Assembly: GCF_902652985.1 (NCBI RefSeq)
Contig: NC_047030.1
Location: 6,014,001-6,078,000, forward strand
DNA from: Pecten maximus
Taxonomy: Eukaryota
Direction: 5' to 3'
DNA length: 64,000 nt
Shown: positions 51,626-62,328 of the stretch, piece after piece
How positions within the stretch are numbered: position 1 is the first letter of the stretch
How the letters are laid out: every line of letters begins with the position of its first letter
The notes under the pieces: model-generated
Told to the model about the DNA's origin: nothing
Database searches by the model: none
Seen by the model: the letters and a program-made list of their open reading frames with translations, nothing else
Program-made: the position numbers and the translations under genes

Positions 51626-52781
51626 AGTTGAAATATTGTTAAAGCCCAAACTACTTAAGGTTCTTTAAGAAATCATGAAAAAAAAAATATTCATATGTTG
51701 TGCAATACTTATATCACATCTCAGAGTCATATCTGACTGTTTGCTTCACCGAGACTTCTTGTCTGTGTGTGCTGTGCATCATACAGTCCTTATGTTCGTC
51801 TAGGACTCGTTTGTGATGTTATGGAAATAAAAGGTCAAAAGTGCAGAAATCAAGAATGGAAGTCGGGAAACGTTAAGTGGATCTGTACAAGTGTTAATAT
51901 GTAGAAGTGGAGAAGCATCAACCTCATAATTTATTCAACCATTTCTTTTTAAATTGAAAAAACAATAATGCAGTTCCAGTGTCTATATGTTTACAAAACA
52001 ATAAATATGACACGTCAATTGATGTTTTTATGATTAATTACTGCTGTTTGAACATCCCACTACCCCAACCCCCATTTCCAACCCCTCAAAAGAATCAAGT
52101 TTATATTCTAAGGTAAAGATTATCGGCATGCTTTAATTCATTTACTTGGTTATGTTTACACTACGATCGACATTCACATTGCTTTCAAAGCAGAACCAGG
52201 CCACACCGCAGAGATTTGGTTTTTTATTTAGTTTTTTTCCGAATTCTTCTTTAAGTTACTACATGTACATCATGCTGTGTTTTATGATGTTTTAAAACAA
52301 AACATTAAACAGATAAAAATAGCTTTAAACTTTAAAACACTATTTGGTCTTCCGTTTGTTTTCATATCTCAGTTTGGTTCATCATGGAATTATGAGAAAC
52401 TTTCGTGGAATAGTATGATTTGAAAATATTTTATAGTAAAGAGCATACATATAATATACAGTTATTTTTTGCAACGATTGTGTATCGTTTATCTTAATTT
52501 ATATCTTTAGGCATCTAACTATGTTCTTTGCGTTGTGAATGTATCGATAGTTTCCCCAACACAGTACTTTGTATTCGGTACAGCCTAGGTATGTAAACAT
52601 ATCAAGCAAACTATCTGACTCGCATGATATGCTGAAGATTTTTCCCAAAGTGAAGGATGTCATCACAACATATTACAACGTTACCATTATTACTGACGAC
52701 GTCATAATTATTCGTTGTGTAAACATGTAGGTAATGTATGACGTATGACGACAAAATCAGGTGCCGATTCTTTTCATACGC

Positions 52782-53053
52782 AGGGGGATACTAATTTGGG
52801 GCTTTCTACGGCCAATCAATGATAAGACTAAGGCTAATATTTTGGTGGCCTTGGTGGAGCCCAAAAAGGGTCGCATGGGGCATTTTCAGCTTTAATCAAC
52901 TTCTTACCAATTTGACCCTCCAATTTTCTTTGAGCCCACCAAAAATCGGATGTTCTGAACATAATACAATATGCAGCTGATTTTGAAGTTTCTTCTTCCA
53001 AATTATAAGCCCCACCACTGATTGGCTGCAGAAAGGACAAAATTGTCACCCCT
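52782..53053. mobile_element. Possible MITE with imperfect ~35-bp TIRs
   Basis: Left end AGGGGGATACTAATTTGGGGCTTTCTACGGCCAATCA versus reverse-complemented right end AGGGGTGACAATTTTGTCCTTTCTGCAGCCAATCA. Confidence 0.4.
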
Positions 53054-54959
53054 CTTTTCTTAGTGAATGATTAACTATTTATCTTTAACTATTTATCCTT
53101 TCAGTACTAGAAAGAATGAAAATATCCTCTTTGAGGTACACATGATTTCTTAATGGAAAGCAAAGTATATCACGAATTTCATGTCAACTCAAATATGGCG
53201 TGCTAAACAAAACTTGTCAATTAAGCAGCATGCTATAACAGAGAAACCTGGGTGAATATTGTAGATATTTGGCAAAATGAAGGGGAAAATAAATATCTTT
53301 CTATTGTATGTAGTTTCAATGTACAATCCAGTGAATCATTAATTGATCAAAAGATTTATTGATTTTGAGGTTCATTCGGATACTACGACAAAAGTAAAAC
53401 ATTTAAAATTTAAAAAAAAAAAGCTTATTCAGTTGACATATCCGACGACATCCGCCGATGCTAATGAAATACTCCACATTCTGGTTAATGTATTTGCGCC
53501 AATTTTATAGACACTGATTTCTAAACCTTAAGATACTAAGATTACGAAAAAAGGGGAGATAATGTTAGGTACGTGTGTGTTTGGCGTACACGAATAGGTT
53601 CAGAAAGCTGATTTAAAATCTTAAACATGCAAAAGGTATTTCTTTGGAACACGTGCATCCCATTTGTCCAACTCGCAAAATTAATAGTAACAGGTAAACG
53701 TACTAAGTGAGACTGGCCAGACGCTATTTGACTGATATTCCTGTGGTTTGGTAGATGTGATTTTAAGACATACTTCGACGAGAAAAGTTCGTTGTAAGAT
53801 TTCATGGCTGGCCAGTGTGACGCAGCAGGATCAATACTTTATATCGATCTGATGGCGTTTTGGTAGCGGTAAAAATGAAGCATAGATCCCATTAACTTCG
53901 TGGTTTCAAAATATACACACCTGCTAACGTAGAGGTCTTGTATATTTCATGGAATAATATTTTGGACTTCCAAATATAATTACTGTAACGTGTACCATCT
54001 ATACAACCCAACCTGGTCGACATTAAACATGTATGAAAACAATAAATGTCACGTTTCTTAAATAAACAGTCCTAGTAATCCCCACCACTCGTCGTGCACG
54101 TTCTTTCAAGTACATAGAGGTAGGTCTACGGAGTACTACTTATTATGTATGTGAGTAGAGAATATGAATAGTCAAGTTTGTCATCGGCTCTATTTAAGAA
54201 GGCAACTATGATTTTAGGTTTAATTTTATTGTTTTCTCATTTTTATTTCTTTTGGAGGTGAATATATATATAAGAGAAAGTATCCGTAATGTGAAAATCA
54301 AACCCAAGTAAGCTAACAAGGACAGGAGTAGGTATTACGTCAGATCAAATACATTGTATTTTGATACGGGACAGCAAACACATCTCTCTTACATTCAAAC
54401 AGCATTGTTGACTTACATTTGGTATATCTACCATTATGTTGGACGTTGAAACTTTTTTAAGAAACGTTTTTCTTTTGATAGCATACCTATCAAATACTTC
54501 TGGAAAGTACACCTGCATTCCTTCACTTCTGTACTTAAACATTTGTTTCATCATACGATGACGAGCTCTAAAATAACGAAATAGCAGCGTGGTTCATTCT
54601 ATTACTAAATACTTGGCAGATACATAGTGCATTGTTCATATATATCTTACGTCGTATATACATGCTGAATTAGATTTTCATTTTTTTTTTCTTTTGGATT
54701 TCAACTCTTCAACGATGTGTATTTTGATAGCAAGAAACAGGCTGTAAATGCTGGGTTTGGAATAAATAAATGTATATCAACTCTTATATATCTGTTATAG
54801 CATTATATCTTAACCATTCATGTTATGTCTGTAATAAACCTAGGGAAATTTTACCATGGAGGATAATCTACAAATATCAACATGACGAGTTGTAGCAATA
54901 CGACATACGAGACATTAACAATTTTGTATACATATTGAGAGTTAGTTACAATAAAGCGG

Positions 54960-55320
54960 ACCGTACAGTTGCTTCTTCCTTTTACATGTAAGACACCTCT
55001 GTGATGGTAGGGACACTGTACAGCTTTTTGGTCCTTCTACATGCAGGACTCGTCAGTAATGCTAGGGACATCATATAGCCATTTGGTCATTCTACATGTT
55101 GGACTCGTCAATGAAGCTAGGAACATCATGCAGTTATTTCGTCCTTCAAGTTTTATGACTCGTCAGTGACGTTCTGAACACCATGCAGCTTTTTTGGCAT
55201 TCTGCTTGCTGGACTCGTCAGCGATGTTTGGGACACCATACAATTATTTCGTCCTTCAATTTTTATGACTCGTCAGTGATGTTAGGAACCTAATACAGCT
55301 GTTTGAACCTTCTACATAGA
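54960..55320 (-). repeat. Diverged ~55-bp tandem array (~6 copies) of the same hammerhead-motif family
   Basis: Repeated gactcgtcag...atg(c/t)tagg(g/a)acatcat...tttcgtcc motif matching the 26-27 kb unit, with a longer loop II. Confidence 0.75.
55234..55281 (-). ncRNA. Minimal hammerhead ribozyme with intact core
   Basis: Minus strand reads CAUCA CUGACGA GUC AUAAAAAUUGAAG GAC GAAA U AAUU G UA/UGGUG. Stem I has one G-U pair and stem II is 3 bp. Confidence 0.6.
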
Positions 55321-55748
55321 GAGCTACGTTGAGTATCCTTTAATGTTAACATCCGAATCAAATAAAAATATTCAAGATCCGTCCCACATTGGAAAACAAC
55401 CACTTTTTGTTTGAAATACATTTGAGTTTTTCTATCGTATAAGTAATTGTGGAGTTTATTCCACTCGCTTGGAAGGTCCTTATGATGTTTAAAACTCTAT
55501 ACTCACAACACTTTTCTTTCCATTTTTATTGCTACATTTAAAACAAAAATTTGATTGTCCGTGGAGTTCATTATCTCTATATAAGGAGGTTTCTTGTTTG
55601 ATTTTAGTCACATGGCCATGTAGTTACTCAAACTTCTCGTTTTTGCATTGTCTTCTATTTCCATTGTCTTCTATTTCAATTATTTTCTATTTCAATTATC
55701 TTCTTACTTTGTTCATGGGTACATCATTGTTTATCTGTTACATGAGGT

Positions 55749-55805
55749 GACGAAAAGAGAACATGATTTTTGAGTGCGACAGCAAAGCCGGAATCCCAGA
55801 GCTGA
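55749..55805 (+). pseudogene. Orphan degenerate exon-3 relic of the MTBD-like family (closest to paralog 4)
   Basis: GAC GAA AAG AGA ACA TGA TTT TTG AGT GCG ACA GCA AAG CCG ... TGA aligns with paralog 4 GTC GAA AAG AGA ACA AGC GAT CCG AGC GCG ACA GCA AAG CCA. It has an internal stop, and no exon 1 or 2 was found nearby. Confidence 0.6.
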
Positions 55806-57195
55806 GAAGTTATAAAACATTACGATTCGCATTATGCAATATATAGTGTACAGTATGTCACTCCAGAGAATGAAATATGGGCATTTCAAGAAATAATCTA
55901 AATTAGATATTAGGAAATTGAAATCATCGTGTCAATCATATAGCTATATTGTATGTTGTCCCTGCTGGATATCTTGTATGTGAATGCTCCTTTGAAAGAT
56001 CTTGACACCAAACTCAATAAAGATGTCCATTAATTTCCTCTGGGCCCTAGACGTATGTCAAGAATGAAGGAAAGCTCTCATCATGTCTGAACGAATGAGA
56101 CAATTTTAAAGAGCAGATATTAAGACTGAGTATAGTTTTGTAGAGTTCCTCAAAATCAACATTCATTCAGTCCACTTCCAAAAACGAGTTGGTTCGCATC
56201 CTTGACATTAACTATTGTTTTGATAAATGTTTATACAAAAAAAATGAGTATTTCGTCATAGGAAAACCTGGATAATGTGGATTTAGATCCTTTTACATTT
56301 GATAAAAAAAACATTAAACATTAAATGCAATATTGATCGCAGAGGTCTGGAAAATCAAAAAGGGAAGGTAAAAGAGGGCCGAGATAAATGTTAAAATAAA
56401 TGGTCTACGCTGATATTTAACATATGGTTTAACCAATGTTGGATATTTTGACAATTTATCACGAACATTAAATGCATGTGTGCATGCCTCTAACCAAATG
56501 GTTTACTGTGGCATATTGGAGAGCGTCAACACCGGGGGCCTTTTCTACATAAATCTCAGGTCATCATGTGTCCTTTTTATATTTCTAAAATCCATGAAAT
56601 CCTTGTTTAGTAACGACCTGGTAGGCATCATTTGTGCGTGTTTTAAACATGGATACGTGTACAGGAAGTCTTAGAAGTTTTTTATTAACTGAGATCCTTC
56701 ACGTTACTAAAGAAAGGGCCGAATGACGAGTGATCAACGGGGTAGATCTTTTTTTACTTAAATAATGTTTAAGATGCTACGCACTTGTTTGTTGTTTGTA
56801 CTGTCCTATCAATACAAGTAACATGTTCCTAACAATTCACAGGCTCTATGTTTACACTTCTTAAAGAAGCAATACACTGCAATGTAAAAAAAATGAAGCG
56901 TTATTATAGGGAAGCCATGCCTGCAAACACTCTTTTTTTAGACATTCAAAATTTAGCTCATGGCAGAAATTAAACAGATAATATCAGTTGGAGATTTGTG
57001 CATCCAGAATAATTACCTAAAAAACAACATAAAGTGTGCAATTAGCGTAATTAGTATTCATCGCAATGTCAATTACGATTATCGCTAAAATATGCGCAGT
57101 TAAGGTAATGTTTTAACAAGTTGCTCAAAACATTTCACATCTCCTTGCCGTGACCAAAGAATACCTTTAATATTCGTTTTGATATGTTTGATCAT

Positions 57196-57976
57196 GATAA
57201 CAAAATTGAGACTTTCAGCACACAATCTAGCTATAGAATCAGGAAGGTATAGGAATATTCCCAGGTGTCATAGGTATTGCATTAACTGTAATTCTTTAAA
57301 AGTTGAGGATGAATTTCATTTTTTACTCGTATGTCAAAAATATTCAACTCTTAGAGGAAAATATATAAAGAAATATTTTTGGAAAAAACCTTCAGTCTTC
57401 AAAGTAATAGAATTACTGAACACAAATAGTCATAAAGAATTGAATTTGCTAGGAAGATTTATCAAAGAAGCTTTTAGTTGCAGAATTGTGTAAATATACT
57501 CGGTTTGTGTAGGTGTTGAGTTTTGATGTAACACGTTATTGCATAATAGTGTACTTATAATTGTTGAACCTCCCGGTGTCCGTCTGTCGTGTTTACCAAA
57601 TGGTATTATCTGATACATTTTTCCATGTCTCTCTGACTGACTGTTATAAAAGTTCTCCTATAATCCTTATTCTGTATCAGTGTATTATAATTAGTATCAA
57701 TTCTGTGATTGGGCGCAGCCCTTGTAAGATTAAGTGGAATACAATGTATTTTTTGCTGATGTTGCCAGTAGACAATATGGTTGATTAATATTCCTCATAA
57801 TATAGTACATATGTCGGTTAATCAGTTTCTGTATTTAATTATAATAAGTCAATTACGTTTTGTAATTTTATTATAATACATGTTGTATTCATATATATAT
57901 ATATACATATATAAATACATGTATATTAATTTATGTACTGATGGGTCATAGACCTAAAGTCAATAAATGAATTGAA
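57196..57976 (+). mobile_element. 5'-truncated non-LTR retrotransposon (LINE): ORF2 C-terminus plus 3' UTR
   Basis: ITKLRLSAHNLAIESGRY...CINC...VEDEFHFLLVC..Y..LR.KYI is a typical ORF2 C-terminal Cys/His motif, with stop at 57493. The 3' end has a hairpin ggtc-ata-gacc, AATAAA and a (gaatt)n tail. Candidate TSD ttgatcat at 57188-57195 and 57977-57984. Confidence 0.85.
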
Positions 57977-58635
57977 TTGATCATTTCAATACCTTTTCAG
58001 CTAATAAGCGTCATGTGACTTAACATAATAACAAATAAATGTCTTCGTAATTCACTCTTCGGTTTAGATAACTCTTTTTTTTTCCTTGGAAATAATATTT
58101 TAAACAGTTAAAAAAAACACTTTAAGATGACACCAGAGTTTACAAAGAAAAGATAATTTGATATACCTGATGTTGGGTGTACGACAATAACCGGGTGTTT
58201 AGTTAAAACCATGAGTAGTCAATACACCTATCACTGGTCAAACTCGGTCAATCAATACCGTCATATTATAGTGCTGAGTGAAATGGGCCTGGCCTCACTG
58301 GAATTCCCCATGGTATGACTGTAGGTAATTTCAGACATGGGGAGGTCCCCTGATGGATATCCTCTGACGTAGTAAGAGTCTATATGAGTTAATATTGTTC
58401 TATAGTTGTATATATGTATCTCGTATTAATCAAACTGGTGACGTTTTTGGCACAGGTAAACCCCAAGTATAGACTGGCTTAAAGTCCAGGTAACACCAAC
58501 ACAATGGTTTTATACGTTATATGTATTATAACTTTGGACTTACCCGTACCCTGTATATAAAGTGACCGTGTACACGGGCGGTCAGTATGGTGTATGGAAG
58601 GTGTATAAACAAGTCAGATTTAAATTATATTGAAC

Positions 58636-60229
58636 ATGTATGGGATCAAGAAAGGGGACGTTGCTGAAGTAAAGGCTCTTTGCTCCCCTCCACGTTCCGT
58701 CGTACAAGTCCTTTCAGCTACAATGACACTGCTTGGAGAGGTGAACCCAGGGGTAAGTCTGAATACTGATCCTGTGAAGTAGGGACAATGCGGAATGTCT
58801 TGAACGTTGCGGACACTTTCAAGAAACGTCTAAGATATATTGTTTTCCTGTAGCGCCTTTGATATCCAATATTGAACGTCCTGTAATGTAACGCGTTTCT
58901 GGAAACTCTCCATCAAGATTTTGACATTTCTTTTTTCTTTGGACTAATTTAGTTTCCTCTGATTCCTCAGTTATCCACATTTTAGGTCCCTATCGTCATG
59001 ACAAGGACGAATCAGTTGTTTGATTCAGTTTAATTTAAGTTTGGCTCTATCTTATAATTCTCAATTTATATACAAAGGTGATATTTCCTATGTGTAATCC
59101 TGTTATTACGTAGCTTGAGTAATCATCGTTTTCCTGCTTTTTGAAAAAAATGAAAATACATAACAATGCCGTCGCGTTTCTCTTCAGTATAAAATCCCAA
59201 ACCGATGGCGATGAAGTGTTTTCAATGCTAAACTTTTCCAACATCTGCCTCATATAAGTTTCAATAACATCGCAACCTACAAAACGGATAACTGAATATT
59301 GATATGACGATTCATACAGATAGACTATTTATTATATTATTTTATTTTATTTTTTTTAATTTTAACTCTAATATTATTCTAGAAATGAAATTTATCGTAA
59401 AAAAACGCATTTTCCGTCATTGTTAAATCATCCACCGCCTAGGTGAAAGGCCAATGGGTTACCACTGTGCCACCCGACCATCCTTCATCAACTTGATAGG
59501 GAAAACTGGATTTTTTTTCCTGTTGTGTCTTTCATACTGACAAATGAATTTAACTTTAGGATTTCAGGAATATCAAAAGAGTACTGGCTCATTCGACATT
59601 TTTACAAAGAGTGACAACACTAGATACTGACTCTATTTCCCCTGAGGTGGCTGTGAAGGCGCGTGGGTATGTCGAGGGTATCACAGAGGAGCAAATCACC
59701 AAAGTCTGTTTAGCTTCAACCTCCTTCTTCCGTTGGGTATGTATATTTATTAATCAATGAACAATTTATTTCGGGGAAATCTTTTGATATGATTTAGCTT
59801 TTTTTCCCCAAAGTCTCTTTTATTTAACCATTTATGTCATATGTTTTAACTAAAACATAATTGACATCAATGCTAAAAATAATTTTTTGAAATTGATTTT
59901 TAAAATCAAAACATGTTCTATGTGCAATTTGAATGATCTAATAAGGGATTCTTTTCACAAATCAATACGCAAAGTTTATCGCTGTATTGTCACGTCACAT
60001 TTTTCTGGCAATTTTCGATTTTTTTTATTTTTCTTTCATAGAGGTATGAAAACAAATTTCAACATATTAGAAAGCCGCATTCTGCGTACGAACAATAGAA
60101 AATTAATTATATGAATTTGACACAATCACTATACCTGTGTATTTGCTACAGGTACGTGATGTATTAGCCGCTGTCGCGAAGAGAACAGGAGATCTTCCCG
60201 AAGCGGCAAAGAAGGAACCTGCAAGTTGA
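58636..60229 (+). CDS. Stand-alone dynein-MTBD-like small protein, paralog 5 (123 aa, 3 exons)
   Basis: Exons 58636-58752, 59560-59736, 60152-60229. Protein MYGIKKGDVAEVKALCSPPRSVVQVLSATMTLLGEVNPG|DFRNIKRVLAHSTFLQRVTTLDTDSISPEVAVKARGYVEGITEEQITKVCLASTSFFRW|VRDVLAAVAKRTGDLPEAAKKEPAS*. Confidence 0.85.
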
Positions 60230-61103
60230 GACACTGCAGATAATCTAGCGGTTTCCGTGAATTCAGGGTATAAGACGATTCAGAAGTTGTGCAATATGCG
60301 TCACGTATTTGATTTTTATACCTTTCATGTGCAGACTGAACATTTGATTCATTATTCCCGATATACAACGTCAATATCAACAGTAGGCATGCCACATTCC
60401 ATATAATGGTCATCTTAAAATACCATTGTGATTCATGACAATCGAAACCTACGAATTCGTATAACGATGAAGATTCTTAAGAAAGAATGCTTTAAAACGA
60501 ATATTGGAGAAAGACGGCAGGTTTTGATAATCACTTTTAATAACACCCTGAACGGTTGTAACCAAGAAATCATTTCATTTTTCTTTATATTTGAGCAAAC
60601 ATCTTAAGTGTTAGGCTTGCAAGTTTCTTATGGTTAATTAAAACGTTCTGTATTAATGTTGTTATTTAAGTATTCGGTTTAAAAGTCTTCCTCAATTTAC
60701 TTGAATGGTAAATATTGAAATATTCAAAGCAAATATTAAAATTTCAACACTAGTTTTCATTTTCTTGTATGTCGACGCATTTATTTCTTGTTCATTCATT
60801 CATTCGTCGTATTGTCGATTTCTTGAAGTAGTATCCACTACATTATGTGTAGATCCATTAAGACCAGATATATGTTTTTATGGGAGTTATGTCTTGGTGA
60901 AACATGACGTCAGCATATTTCATTATTCCTTTTATTAATACTGGCAATTCATGGCATGTTGTTTTGTGGAAATGTATTACTCTATATAAAACCCAAATAG
61001 AAGTGTGGCGAGGATGACTGACTAGTACACCCCTTTGTCTAATGTACTCAATGTTGTCCCCTTTCTGCCCCAAACAGTTAATTACGAGTGAAAGGGGGCT
61101 AGC

Positions 61104-62328
61104 AAACATGAGTATAGACATAGGGAAGGGGCATAACTCCCTTAAAAACATGAGTCTAGACATTGGGAAGGGGCATAACTCCCATAAAAACATGAGTCTA
61201 GACATAGGGAAGGGGCATAACTCCCATAAAAACATGAGTATAGACATTGGGAAGGGGCATAACTCCCATAAAAACATGAGTATAGACATAGGGAAGGGGC
61301 ATAACTCCCATAAAAACATGAGTCTAGACATTGGGAAGGGGCATAACTCCCATAAAAACATGAGTATAGACATAGGGAAGGGGCATAACTCCCATAAAAA
61401 CATGAGTCTAGACATTGGGAAGGGGCATAACTCCCATAAAAACATGAGTCTAGACATAGGGAAGGGGCATAACTCCCATAAAAACATGAGTCTAGACATT
61501 GGGAAGGGGCATAACTCCCATAAAAACATGAGTCTAGACATTGGGAAGGGGCATAACTCCCATAAAAACATGAGTCTAGACATAGGGAAGGGGCATAACT
61601 CCCATAAAAACATGAGTCTAGACATTGGGAAGGGCATAACTCCCATAAAAACATGAGTATAGACATTGGGAAGGGGCATAACTCCCATAAAAACATGAGT
61701 CTAGACATAGGGAAGGGGCATAACTCCCATAAAAACATGAGTATAGACATTGGGAAGGGGCATAACTCCCATAAAAACATGAGTATAGACATAGGGAAGG
61801 GGCATAACTCCCATAAAAACATGAGTCTAGACATTGGGAAGGGGCATAACTCCCATAAAAACATGAGTATAGACATAGACAAGGGGCATAACTCCCATAA
61901 AAACATGAGTCTAGACATTGGGAAGGGGCATAACTCCCATAAAAACATGAGTCTAGACATTGGGAAGGGGCATAACTCCCATAAAAACATGAGTATAGAC
62001 ATAGGGAAGGGGCATAACTCCCATAAAAACATGATTCTAGACAAAGGGAAGGGGCATAACTCCCATAAAAACATGAGTCTAGACATTGGGAAGGGGCATA
62101 ACTCCCATAAAAACATGGGTCTAGACATTGGGAAGGGGCATAACTCCCATAAAAACATGAGTCTAGACAAAGGGAAGGGGCATAACTCCCATAAAAACAT
62201 GAGTCTAGACATTGGGAAGGGGCATAACTCCCATAAAAACATGAGTCTAGACATTGGGAAGGGGCATAACTCCCATAAAAACATGAGTCTAGACAAAGGG
62301 AAGGGGCATAACTCCCATAAAAACATGA
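61104..62328. repeat. 42-bp minisatellite (~29 highly similar copies)
   Basis: Unit aaaacatgagt(c/a)tagacat(t/a)gggaaggggcataactcccata; an inverted partial unit lies at ~60872-60891. Confidence 0.95.

Noticed and set aside
57936-57962. Hammerhead at the LINE 3' end (ctgatg-ggtc-ata-gacc-taaa)
   Set aside because: The core lacks CUGANGA and GAAA; treated as a plain 3' hairpin.
28923-60229. Fragments of one dynein heavy-chain gene, or alternative 3' exon cassettes of the KY-like gene
   Set aside because: No AAA or stalk exons were found. Each unit has its own ATG in an A(A/G)CATG context, its own stop and a conserved upstream block, and one unit is on the opposite strand.
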